Positions 1 through 11,808 of a stretch of 64,000 bases of DNA are shown piece after piece (within the stretch, counting starts at the first letter, position 1; the number at the start of each line of letters is the position of its first letter). The translations under genes were made by a program, and so were the position numbers. The stretch is from NCBI GenBank assembly GCA_029717555.1, contig JAMDHS010000007.1:124001-188000 (forward strand). Reading direction: 5' to 3'. Source of the DNA: Peribolospora baueri (Eukaryota). The notes beneath the pieces are model-generated. The model was given only the letters and a program-made list of their open reading frames with translations, was not told where the DNA came from and searched no databases.

Positions 1-1400
1 CCGATGGCTCGAGGGTTCAAAGCAAGAGCACGCGTCATCTCCTCCCGGTTGTTCACCTCCACCAGCGGCTCCATGCCGAGACTCTTGGCATAGGCGTAAA
101 GCTCGTGAAGTTTTTCGTCCGAGAGCATGGCGACGATGAGCAGGACCGTGTCAGCGCCATAGAGACGTGCCTCGAGGATCTGGTACGTATCCACGATGAA
201 ATCCTTTCGCAGCACAGCCGGACGATTAGGAAGGCGGGAGATGGCCTCGCGTGCCAGCCGCATGTCGTTGAGGCTGCCTTTGAACCACTTCGGCTCAGTC
301 AAAACGCTGATCACGCTCGCTCCGCCGCGAGCGTACGCTAGTGCCTGAGATGCAGCATTGGCAGAAATGTCGATGTCGCCTTTGGAAGGGCTGGCTCGCT
401 TGACTTCGGCCATGACGCCAGGCAGGCCGAGCTGCGCGGTGGCCCTGACTCGAGCAACAAAATCAACGAGCGGAGGGGCAACGTCTAAAGAGAGGAGAGC
501 AGCCAAGTCTCGCGGAGAGCCCCCCGGGGCGGCCTTGGCTTCGGCGATGTCGACCAGTCGTTGGGTGTGGATCTTCTCCAGGATGGTGGGCAGGGCGGCT
601 TTGCCAACGGTGCCGTTGGCAAGAGCGGTCTTACCGGCCTGAGCATTGCTCGGACCGGACAGACCCACCTGGGGGTTCTCGCTCCAAAGGCCGCCGCGGA
701 GATTCAAAAAGTTACGCATCATATCCTTGCCGCCCTCACTGAGGATGCTTTCCGGGTGGTACTGCATGGCCTCGATAGTGAGCTGCTTGTGGCGGATGCC
801 CATCACGACGCCGCTCTCTGTCGTGCTCGTGACGGCCAACTCGTCCGGCAGGCTGGGCAGCTGGGCGGCGAGGCTGTGATAGCGAGTGCCGACGATGCCC
901 TGAGGTACGCCATAGTACAGGCCCTTGCCATCGTGCCGTACCTTGCTCGTCTTGCCGTGCAAGATCTCGCCGGCATAGGCCACCTCCCCGGTGAAAGCAG
1001 CGTATAGGCATTGCAAGCCCATGCAGACGCCCAAGATGGGTACCTTCCCAGCGAAGTGCTTGATCACGTCGATGGAAATGCCGGAGTCATGAAGGGGATG
1101 GCCGGGACCAGGGGAGATGACTATGTTCTTGGGCTGAAGGGAGATCAGCTGCTCGAGAGTGATGGCATCATTCCGATATACGTGGACATCGGCGCCGAGC
1201 TCGGAGAGGTACTGTGGTGCATATGAAGCCGTCAGCGTCCATCCGGGGCGGCCTGGAAGCAAGGCGGCCGATGGAAGATGACTCAGACGACGACTCACCT
1301 GGACGACGTTCCAAGTAAAGCTGTCGTAGTTGTCAATGAGCACCGTCTTGCTGGCCACGGGCGTTGGCGTGGTGGGTTGGGCGGGTACGACGTCGGCCAT
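1..1400 (-). CDS. TRP1: Multifunctional tryptophan biosynthesis protein (anthranilate synthase component II + indole-3-glycerol-phosphate synthase; PRAI domain presumably beyond the window), 3'-truncated
   Basis: ATG at 1400. Exon 1 (1400-1299) reads MADVVPAQPTTPTPVASKTVLIDNYDSFTWNVVQ, then a GT-AG intron (1298-1212). Exon 2 has GATase motifs ISPGPGHP and PILGVCMGLQC, then IGPS motifs AEVKRASPSKG, ISVLTEPKWFKG and LRKDFIVDTYQILEARLYGADTVLLIVA. Confidence 0.95.
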   Translation of the reverse strand, partial: MADVVPAQPTTPTPVASKTVLIDNYDSFTWNVVQVSRRLSHLPSAALLPGRPGWTLTASYAPQYLSELGADVHVYRNDAITLEQLISLQPKNIVISPGPGHPLHDSGISIDVIKHFAGKVPILGVCMGLQCLYAAFTGEVAYAGEILHGKTSKVRHDGKGLYYGVPQGIVGTRYHSLAAQLPSLPDELAVTSTTESGVVMGIRHKQLTIEAMQYHPESILSEGGKDMMRNFLNLRGGLWSENPQVGLSGPSNAQAGKTALANGTVGKAALPTILEKIHTQRLVDIAEAKAAPGGSPRDLAALLSLDVAPPLVDFVARVRATAQLGLPGVMAEVKRASPSKGDIDISANAASQALAYARGGASVISVLTEPKWFKGSLNDMRLAREAISRLPNRPAVLRKDFIVDTYQILEARLYGADTVLLIVAMLSDEKLHELYAYAKSLGMEPLVEVNNREEMTRALALNPRAI

Positions 1401-1604
1401 GGCGGACGGGGTAGGGAGACGGCAAGCTGGGAGCGATACGGAATAAGACAAACAAGGCGAGAACGATCACGACGAACCTACGCCCGGTTGCCGCAGCCAA
1501 GCCGCAGCAAGACGTCGGAAGCACTCCTACCGCAGTCTTTTGCAGTCGACCCATCGTGTCGGTCGACCGGCTCACGACTCCTGCAAACGCAGCCCACCAT
1601 CGAG
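1401..1604. promoter_or_regulatory. Compact bidirectional promoter region between TRP1 and UTP10
   Basis: Only 204 bp separate the divergent start codons at 1400 (-) and 1605 (+). No specific motif was assigned. Confidence 0.55.
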
Positions 1605-4600
1605 ATGGCGACCTCTCTCGCGGCCCAGCTCGCCCAGATCGCCTCTCACGATGCGGCTCGGCTCTCTTCTTCCCGAGCTCTCACAGCGCGGGACTCCTAC
1701 CTCTTCCCCGCACGCGCCGCTGCTCAGCAGGACATTCACACCATCTATTCGCTTGGCCTCAACGGCTTCGAGGAGCTCGTGCTGCTCGACCCCGTCTTCT
1801 CCACCTGGCGCGCTGAGCTCTTCTCCGATGCTAGCAAGGAACGTGATAGGTTGCAGGAGGGGAAGGAGGAGAATGCTCAGCTGGACGCGAGCATCAGGAC
1901 TTTTCTCAGGAGGTTGGGCCCTCACCTCCTCACGCGGAGTGCCGCCAAGGCTCTCGAGTGGCTTATTAGACGATTCAGGTGAGCAGGTCTTTGAATTAGT
2001 GCGGATAACATGGCATTGGGGGCGTCATGATGGATTATAATTTATCTGTTTGAGGGAACCGAGCGCCGCTCTGTGCCCAAAGTGAACCACTAATCTACAC
2101 TTGAGCTGAACGCCCGTGTCAGGCGCGCGTCTTGATTCGATTTCCTCCTTACTGACACTTGCACACACTTGTGACACCTGGTTTCCATGCAGGATTAACG
2201 AGTTCAACTCTGTGGACGTGTTGGGTACCTTCATGCCTTACCACTTTTCGCCCCAGTTCGCTCGCATGCTGCAAATCCTAAAATTGGAGTAAGCTGCTGC
2301 CGTGCCCCTCATTATTACAATCGCCTTTGTCTTCTTTAGGGGCACACACTGACGTTTTCACGCTGCCTGGCTTTAGCTCCCACCCGGAGTTTGCCTTTCT
2401 CTCCGCTGCTCGCAAATCTACGGCACCCTTGGCTCGGGAAAACCTGCTGCGCGCCCTCCTGGCTCCCACTGGGACGACACATTCTCTGAGCCTCTTGCAG
2501 TTTGTTTCGGGCCTTCTCCTGCCGTCGGACATCCGTCGAGGCGGCCACGATGCTGGCTTTCCGCATGCGCACCAGGCCCTCGTGTCCTTCCACACTGCCA
2601 CGCTGGTCGAGTACCTCGATCGTGTCACCCAGGGCGAGGGCGGCCGGAGACGATCTCTCCCTGAGGAAGCTGCCAATCTGCTCCTGCCCATCATCCTCGA
2701 GGGAATGAAGGTCCGCTCGAGGCCTGACATCCAGATTGGCTGCTACATGATCTTAGCCGCCTTCGCTTGCTCCGCCGAGCTCACTTCCAAGGCACAGTCG
2801 CTCATTCTCGTCGCCCTGGCTGCCTCTCGACCCAATCCCGTGCGGAAAACTCAGCTTGACGCGCTCGGCGCCAAGGACGGATTGGATGAGGAGGCTTCTT
2901 TGCAACGGGAGCAGAAGGACAAGCAGACTTCTGTTGCGTTGGTTCTGTCGCTCGTGGCCTTTTGCGACGCTCAAAATATTGGCGGAGAGGGCTCGTTGCC
3001 GGAATTGCCCGTGAAGTCGGTCAGGTCCCTTCTTGAGATATCGTGAGTGTTTCCAGGTTGCCTCTTCTTCCAATGACGATGAACTGACGTGCGAGATCAC
3101 CATTTCAGCTCGCTGTCCGACCTGTTGCTCTCGCTATGGGCCTCGCGCGACCTCACCCCGTTCATCAAAGTCTTCCTGCCCGCACTAGCTGCCTCTATCG
3201 AGGATAAAAATGCTGCCGCGTTGCTCTCCGCCGTTCTCATTTCGCCGAGTTGTCCCGCTGCCGTCGCTCGACCGAATGTCGCCGCTCTCCTTGGATCTGC
3301 CCCTCCTTCCACTGAAGCAAGCGACGCGGATCGAACAAGGCATCTTCATCGGGCGATTGTCCTCAGTGATGTTCGCCAACATCGGTTTGTGCTGTTCGAC
3401 GACGTCCTCAAGTCTTCCATGGCGGACTTGGGCGATGAAAAGAAGCGGCAGATGTGGATCATGGTTCAGAGCGCCATGTCGAGCCAGAGTTTGGAGGATG
3501 AAGACGTCAGCTCGGGAGGTGACTTCGACAAGGACGCTACCCTCTGGCTGGGTGCCATAAGCGCAGATAGTGGCGAGCGTGCCCTCGCATTAAAGGAGCT
3601 GCTGCGTTCCGTAGAAGATGGCGATCGATCTGCACAAGAGGAATTCGTGGTGGCGACGGTGATGAGCCATTTGGCAGATCCTTCCGTTGAAGTGCTCAAC
3701 ACCCTCTACGAGTACCCTCAGGTTGTCCTTGCCGTTCTTCCGGCGACCACTATCCTCTCCACCATCCTCACCTCGTTGGAGTCGACGTCCGCGCTCGCTT
3801 CTCGCGCCGTCCTGCGAGCCCATCTCACTTTCTTGTCGAAATCGTTTGTGGCGGCCCATCCGGAGCTTGTGGACGAGGTGGCCCGGACGGCGTTTTTCCC
3901 CCGGCTGCTCTTTACCAAGCCGACTGCAAGGAGTGCCCAGGCGGCATGGACGGCGGCCAAGGCGTCTAGGATCACTCAACTTGGCTTACTCAAGGGAGCG
4001 GACGATATGGCGCTCGAGGAGGCGGAAACCAAGGGCAAAATGGCGGCCACCGATCTGGCCATTGCTGACGCGCTATCTGGTGGGGATACTTTCTGTTTTG
4101 GACCGGCTTCGAGCTCATTGGTCTGACCTTCACATTTTCTGTCGTCTTCAGACAACATCCTCAGAACAGATAAGGACGCTCGACAGTCGTACATTGCCTT
4201 CCTTATCTCCCGCGCCTTTTCAGAGGACGTCGACATTTACGCTCGTCTATTAGCGCAGTTGGTTCTCGTCGCTGTGGCCGCCAAGAGTCCCACCACGGAG
4301 ACTCCCGCACTCGCGCTTCACATTTTGAAAGCGCTGGGGAAGGCTACAAGTGGATTTGCCTCCGTCATCGACAGTGCCGACCTCGTTCGTGGAGGCAACG
4401 CGATCGTGAACGAAACCGTTGCTGACGCCGTTATCGCCAAGCCTCGATCCTTCAAGACAGAGAAGAAGTTGCAGGCGCGTCTTCTTTACCTCCTTGCCAC
4501 CCGGCTGCCTGCCAGTGAAGGAGAGAAGTGGCTTTCGAGCAGCATAGAAGAGTTTGACGTGAGTTTGAGTGGTCGCAACGTTGACGGTTTGAATTTCAGC

Positions 4601-7600
4601 TCACCCGAGGTCGTACCGTTGTTCAGGAACGCATGGAGGCAAAGCTGCGCCTTTACGTCCTCGCTAATACCCCTTCGACTGGGCTTGCCTTGTCCACCGC
4701 ACTGCTCCGAGGCCTGTTCGCTTCGCTGCGAGACAAGTCTATCACCTTCTTGGCGAGCATCTGGACGGGCTCATCTCAGGGCGTCCGTCAAGGCGCGATC
4801 GAGCTGGACCTCGAGCTGAGACTCGTTTCCCTACATCACGCGTGCGCCTATTTGCGCGCCTTCGTGGGGACGGACTCGGAGCGTCAGCACGACTTCCAGA
4901 CGATTGTTCCGGCGCTGTTGGTAGCCCTCGCAAACCAGGACCGTCGCATCAGGGACGCAGCTCTCGCTTGCTTGGACACGGTCGCACAGATCGCGGGACA
5001 AGAATCGAAGGGCAAGATCACCATTTTCGAATACGAGTCGATCTACGGCGCATCCTCTGGTACGTGTTTGTCACATATGGTTGCTCGTTTCGACGCTTTG
5101 CGGAGGCTCATTGGCGCCCAACTTTACCCTTTCGACGATTAAAGCGAGCGTGCAGTATCTTGACACGGCCGATGTGAAGAACTATGTGGAAAACATCGCG
5201 TCAATGAAGGAGGCTTTTGCTAGCGATGCCGACTACCTTGCAATTTTGCACTCGAACACACTTGCACCGTCAAAGAAGGACAGCAAGAAGGACGCCGGGT
5301 GAGGACTTTATCAAGGAGAATCGTAGATGGGAGCGTACTCTGACCGTTGACGAGAACGGTCTGTGTTATTCGCAGGTACAAGCGCCGCGTACTTTTCTTT
5401 ATCCTTTCGCACGTCGTATCTTGGCCCAACGCCAAGGCCCGTCTCGCCCTACTCGAATCGCTGTTCACCGTCCGCAGCTCTACCAAAGCGGCCATGCTTC
5501 AACCTGCACTTCAGAAGCTGCTCAAAGGCAACCAAGATGAGGCGCTCGTGTTATCAACGCTGACCGAGGTGCAGAGGGACGCCTACCTGTCTGCTTTGTT
5601 CGACGTCTTCGACCGAACTGCGCGGGCTGCTCTAGAAGAGGACTTGGACGAGACGTGGACGACCTTCCGATCTGCGATTAGCTCGAGCAGTGATGGTGAG
5701 AGCTCGTACCTAGTCATTTCTCATGAAAATCGATGCTTAGGACTAACCGTTATTTTCTCTGCCCCCATCTCAAAACTCAGCCCTCCTTCGCAAGCATGCC
5801 TGCCTAGCTTTGCAGCGAGGCACTTTTGCCTTGCTCTCGCAGAGCAGGAAGGTCGAGGCCTTGCGCATCGTCGCTGAGGCCGCCGTCGACGTCGATGTTT
5901 CTCGGCGCTGCCTTCGAACTATCGACTTCACCGAGACGAGCTTGATACCTCTATTGGCCGAGCTTGTTGAGAATTTGAACAAAGGCTCTGACAGCAGTGG
6001 CAGGGCGGCAAAGAAGGCCAAGACTGACAAGAGGTGCGTGTCCTCGTTCTCGTTCGTTTTTGACGCGTGTTTAACACATGGATTCTTTTTCTGCGTCCAC
6101 AGCTACAGTGCAGCATCAGCGCGCCAAGTCGACGTTTTGATCGCACTCCTCGAGGCGACCGTGTCTCGTCATTTGCAGGGGTCCATGGCTCTACTTGTCA
6201 CGCTCTTTGACGTCATCAGACTAGCCATAGACTTGCAGACCGAAGTGACCGCCAATTCAGAGTATCTGTTGCAGGTCGCCTTGACCTTGCTCTCCGAAGT
6301 ATTATCTTCCTGCACTGTGAGGATATTTTAACGTTCTGTTCCTCCGTCCATGTTTACGTTGCCTTTATGCTCATGTGTTCTGTTTTGACACATTCCGTAG
6401 GCCTCCGCAGAGCAGCTGAGCCAAGCGTTCCGGGCCGACATTATTGTCGATGCCATCAAAGGTAAGTTGTTGGCGTGCGTGTGAGTACTGTCGGTGGCCT
6501 TTTCTGATTTTCTGGTGCATCCGTTCTTTTCCGTGGAAGTGTCGAGCCACAATCCTCAGACATTCCAGCAGGCACTGCTCCTCCTTGCCAAGGCGGCGGA
6601 TCTTTCGCCCGAGCCTGTCGTTCACAACGTCATGCCCATCTTCACTTTTGTCGGCGCGAGCGTCCTTCAACGCGACGATTCATACAGCTTCTCTGTTGTA
6701 CAACAGGTGAGTTATCGTGCTGTTGAATTGGCACCACAGAATTCTGACAATCGACTTTGCTGTTCACACAGACGATTGGAAGCATCGTTCCCCCTACTGC
6801 CGCGTCCATGAAGAAGCAGGCAGCTTCGCATCGTCAGCTTCTGATCGGTGAGTATTCTTGACTGCAGTTGCATTGACAAATACGGCTATTTATTCCATTG
6901 CTTTTTTTTCTATCGTGGTCCAGCTTCGAGGGAATTTGTTCGTATCTTCACCGACGCTGCGTCGCACGTTCCAGGGTATCGCCGGCAAGGGTAAGCTGTC
7001 GTGAGCATCTAGTGTTAAGTGGCAGCACAGCTATCTCAACAAAGGGTTGTGTTCCTTTCTTGGCGTACAGCTTCTTCAATCTCTTGGTGGAAAAGCTCGG
7101 GCCGGAAGACTTCCTGTCCGCCATTACCATGCTTTTGGTAGACAAGGCCGCAAATAAGGTCGCCAAGCAGCGTATCGCGGAGGCGTCGTCAACTCTCTCC
7201 CTGCCGCTTGCGCTCGTGCAATCGTTTGACGTTGGCCTCCAATTGAATGCAAGTTGCCCATTATGCGCTCTCATCCATGCTCTCAGTTGCTGACTAATTT
7301 TTTTGGTCATTTTTGATATTTCATAGGCATTTGACCAAATAATCCAAGAAGTGTGCTGCTTATTCTATCAGACGGTCGATGCGACTCTCCCTGAAGGGCA
7401 AGACGTCTTCCTCGACAAGGCCGGGTGAGCAATCTTGCTCACCGAAGGTATTCTCGCTTCAGTTTATTCATCCCACGCTTTCGTGTGCATGCAGGCTCGC
7501 GGATGCCGAATCAAGCGACATAAGGGCAATCCGCAAGAGGCAGATCCTTTCCCTTCTCGTGTTTGCTCGGCTGGGTCTGACATCGCAGACTTGGCTCGCC

Positions 7601-10003
7601 GCTTTGAGCCAAATGGGCGAGGACGACCGCATGGCTTTATCGACTCCGTTCCGATCGTTGATTTCTCGAATGCTGCCCATCCTCACAATCGAACTCAGCC
7701 CGGAGCTTTCCGACCTGGCGGGACTTCTAGAGCTGACTGAGGGTGTCGTGAAGGGCGTCTCACAGGCCATGCCGGCCACCCTATTCGCGACCGTTATTCT
7801 GCCATCCCTCGATACAGGCGATGCAAGGGTATGTGATGGCTTCATAAGGACGTGCGGCTGCTGTCTTGGGCTAACATGTCCTCCACACTCACAGATCATG
7901 ATCAAAGTGCTCGGCCTGATCTCCGAACGGATAGGCACGATGAACCGCTCTGCCCGTGTTACTCTCGGTCAAGACACCACGCCCATCTTCGAAAAGGTCT
8001 TTGCTATCCTGCGCCGCGAGCAACCAGATATGACCGACGAGCTCAGCCTCAAGGCAGCGCTCAATACCCTCAAGGCGCTCATTGGCTCGGCTACTCCAGC
8101 AGAGGATACGCAGCTGGCGAACGCGATCCCTATCTTGATCGCTATCTCCAACTCACCCTCAACTTCCAAGCAGGCGCGACTGTCGACAATCTCTATCATC
8201 CGACAGGCAGCGTGCGTGATCTGTTTCATCATTGACGCTTATCGAGAAATGCTGACCGTGTCCTTGTGTTTTAATTGCAATATGGCAGTCATCGCCTTGG
8301 ACCTCGACTCATCCCTCATCTGTCGGCGCTCGTCAACTTCGCGCAAGCCCACCTGTCGAACTCCCTTACTGGTGAGTATCATTGGGATATAGTGTCTGTC
8401 ATATCCACCCGCGAGCTAACGATTCCATATGATCTTAACGTCACTCCAGGCTCGTCCAAGTACCATGCTTCTCTTCTCGTGGGAGCTTTGGATATTCTCC
8501 ATGGGCTCTTCCTTTCCATTCCAAATTTCATGTCTATGCATGTTGTGGTCATTTTGGGCCAGTGCATTCAGCCAGAAGTACAGAGCAAGTTGGTTAGAGC
8601 CGTCGACGGTGCGACAACCAACTCGCTCAATGGGCTCTACTCCGCTATGGTCAAGCGGTTGTCATTCAAGCACGTATATGGCGCAGTCTTCCAAGTTTGG
8701 TCGACGCTGGACAAGAGCAAGTTCGAAGTGAGCTGATTCCGTGACAGGATCATACTTTTATCGTTCACGATCTAATTTCGTATCGCGGTCCTGTCCAGTC
8801 CATCGGGGCGCTTTTGGCTTTTCTCGACCGGGCACTGCGCGAGAGCGACAAACAAGCGATCAATTCCATTTACAAGCCGGTCTTCAAGTTCGTGCTAGGT
8901 GTACTTGATTTGCGACGGGAACGGCCTGCGGACGTGGATGAGAAGGTATGTGTGCGCTCGTAATTAAGGATAGGAAGGGGGCATGTCGGTTGACCTCGAA
9001 TCTCTTTTTCACAGGATATCTCCAAGGTTGAGGATGCTGCTATCGGCTCCTTCCTCCGACTGGTGATGAAATTGAATGAAACTACATTCAAGCCTCTGTT
9101 CCTGCGGACTTATGACTGGGCGGTGATAGATTTAGTTGAAGACGATACTGGTGAGCAGAGAAAAGGTTTTTTTACGTTCCTATCGATTGCTCAATCGTCA
9201 CGTTTCTCCTCCGAATGTAGCTATCAACGACCTGGGCGTCACAGCTCGGCGCATCGCCCTCTTCAAGCTAATGAACGGTCTCCTTGATCAGCTGAAGGTG
9301 TGTGGGCCTCTGCCGTCGTTGATCTTGTATAAGCTCTTTCTGACCCGGAATATTCCAACCCACAGTCCATCGTCACGCCCTATTACGCGACGATGCTCGA
9401 CCACGCAATCGAGCTTCTTAGCGCTTACAGGACTGGCCGGATCGTAGACGAGCAGCTGTGGTCAGCTGTCGTAACGAGCATCGGAAAGACGGCAGAGTAT
9501 GACGAGACAGGTGAGAGCAAATGTTTTGACGCATCAGGCCTTTATCACATTCAACTCACCGGGGATGATCTTCCAACTGCGTCTCTGTTTCGACAGGCTT
9601 CTGGAACACGGACCGGCTCAAGAAGGTGTCCGGCCCCCTTGTCGACCAGCTCGTTCGGCGCTTCGTCCTGGACAACGAGTCTAAGGAAGAAATTCTAAAG
9701 ACGGCGATCATCCGACTGGGCGAAACGTCGTCGGAAGAAGACGTGTGGCAGGCACTCAACATGGCCGTCCTGCTCAAAACTCGCTCCGAAGATTCACGGG
9801 CGCGCTTGGTCGCTCTGCGCGTCGCCAACGCCCTATGGGTCGCGAGCGGGGATACGCTCCTCCTCGGCGCCGTTCCCGCCAGCGTACCGTTCATTGCCGA
9901 GCTGCTCGAGGACGATTCGGCGGCGGTTGTGACGGAGACGAACGTGTTGGTGAAGAGGATCGAGGAGCTGCTCGGCGAGTCGCTCGACAACTACTTGACC
10001 TAA
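1605..10003 (+). CDS. UTP10: U3 snoRNA-associated protein 10 (HEAT-repeat, UtpA/t-UTP subunit), about 20 exons
   Basis: N-terminus [13 protein letters not shown]...SYLF...[15 protein letters not shown] across intron 1 (1979-2192). Internal [13 protein letters not shown] and [25 protein letters not shown]28CT-like [19 protein letters not shown]-terminus [11 protein letters not shown]...[14 protein letters not shown] with stop at 10001-10003. Confidence 0.95.
2020..2115 (+). ncRNA. Intronic box C/D snoRNA/scaRNA candidate (predicted U2 snRNA A30 2'-O-methylation guide)
   Basis: Perfect 6-bp terminal stem GGGCGT (2020-2025)/ACGCCC (2110-2115). Box C ATGATGG (2027-2033) in k-turn register; box D CTGA (2106-2109) directly abuts the stem. 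Guide CTACACTTGA (2095-2104) is complementary to U2 UCAAGUGUAG. It lies in a 214-nt intron, longer than the other UTP10 introns, 83 nt upstream of the 3' splice site. Confidence 0.8.
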
Positions 10004-10202
10004 TCGCCATTGGCGCATATGCCCCTTTTTTTTCCCCCTTCGATCATGCGTCTCCACACGACGTTTATAGTTTCATATGCTCTGCATCGTCATGGATACG
10101 CTTGCAAAAGAATGGTGGATGATGTCCAAAGTACACAAGAATGAAAGAACCGTCCATCGATGATCTACCCGTGTGTCTTCGATAGTCAAAAAGTCCCGCG
10201 CG

Positions 10203-11808
10203 TCATCGCTTGGCAGGGCCTTTTTTCGGCTTGGGGAATGTGAGCGGCAGGCGCAGGACGGCGCGCTTGATCTTCGCAGCTTCAGTGGTGGTCATGCCGA
10301 GGCGGTCTCTTTCGGCCGCCGTGAGCAGATCCGCTTTGCAACCTGCGGAGAGGTCAAAAAGAAGGGGAGAGCGAGAAGAAAGTGAGACGACGTTCGACAC
10401 CCAGGTGGCAGAAATGGACGGAGGCCATCGCTTACCGAGCGACTTGAACACCTCCATGATCCTGGCGGGGGTTGTGCGCAAAACCCAAGAAGAAACATGA
10501 GCGAAAGAGAACGGGCGACTGAAGCGAAGAGGCAAGAGATGGCCACCGAAGCTTGACAAAACATGAGAGCACGCACTTGGCATTTGGCATGGACAAATCC
10601 TTAGCCAAGAGGCTAACGTCTGTGGCAAAGTCATCGACCATGAGGCATAGCGCGGCCATGTAGGACAGTAGCTTGGCCTCGGTGAAAGGCGTCACCACAG
10701 CCCTAATGAGAAGAAGAATATATGTGCGATCGCGAGGCGTCAGTGGCCTCTCGCAAGCAAGGCGGGTGGGAATGGGGATCCACAAGGTACATTCACACTC
10801 ACTTGGTAAAGCCCCTGGACTTCTCGGCAAACCTCTGCGTAAGTCCGGCGATGATAGCGCCTGGCGGATTCTTAAGCTTGTCTGTCAAGAGAGCCGTGTT
10901 ACCTACTATCCTAGCTTGCCGTCGGAAGGCAAAGAGGTACGATATGTAGAGAAGCATCTTGAGTTTTTTCTTGTCCCTGCCTCCGCCATTCACAATAGAA
11001 GACATGCGCTTGAAAACGTAGTCGGAGGAAGCGTAAGGGAGGAGTTTGGCGCGAGCCGAGTCGCCGGGAGCTGAGAGGAGAGGTTTGACGTCCAGGGCTT
11101 TGTACTCGGCGGCCGGGATGATGGAAGGGAGGGAGTAGACGTCTGAGAGCTCGGTCGCCTGGAGATTCGGGGGTGGAATGGGACGTTCGGCGTCTGCATT
11201 CGCTTGAACGATCTCTGCAAAAACAAGGAGGCCACATGAAACGGCCGACACGGTCTGAGCGACACCGAGTCGGCTCCGTGAGGGGCGAGGCGATGGCTAA
11301 GGCAAAGCGCTCACCTTGCGTCGGCAACCCGCTCATGCTCGTTTCGATCGAATCGAGCAGGTAATCCGCCACATCCTCCAAACCCTTCGTGTCTACTTTG
11401 GCCCTCTCCTGCGCGCGGATCGCCGCTTTAGCTTTCTTATTGCCGAAAGTCTCTGCGAGGTGGTTCCGCTGGAACATTCGCGACGAGGGTGCTGGCGGTG
11501 CAGGCGAAGGAGAGGCGACACTGTTGTTGTCGTAATCTTTGACCGCCAAGAAGCAGTGGAAGTTGGACAAAAGATGAGCAAAGGCAAGAAAAATAAAGAA
11601 AGAGATGCAAGAGGACAAACTTACGAGGCTGGGGCACAGCCAGCTCCGCCGGCGAATCCACCCCCCGGTCCACGGCCGACGCGCCCTTCTTCACCTTTGT
11701 CTTCGTCTTCTTCTTCTTCCCCTCAGCTGCGCCTTCGACGGCAGCAACAGCCGCATGATCGTGCTTGCGCTTTTTTGAAGACGTTCCGACCGAGTCCGGG
11801 GTTGACAT
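10203..11808 (-). CDS. RPA49: RNA polymerase I subunit A49 (RPA49/PAF53), about 6 exons
   Basis: A49 linker motif RNHLAETFGNKKAKAAIRAQER, then RPIPPPNLQATELSDVY, tandem winged-helix segments LLSYMAALCLMVDDFATDVSLLAKDL and FKSLGCK, and C-terminus AVLRLPLTFPKPKKGPAKR*. ATG at 11808; intron 1 is 11624-11537. Confidence 0.88.

Noticed and set aside
105..1226. Plus-strand ORFs at 105-1226
   Set aside because: Antisense shadows of TRP1 exon 2, which has clear enzyme motifs on the minus strand.
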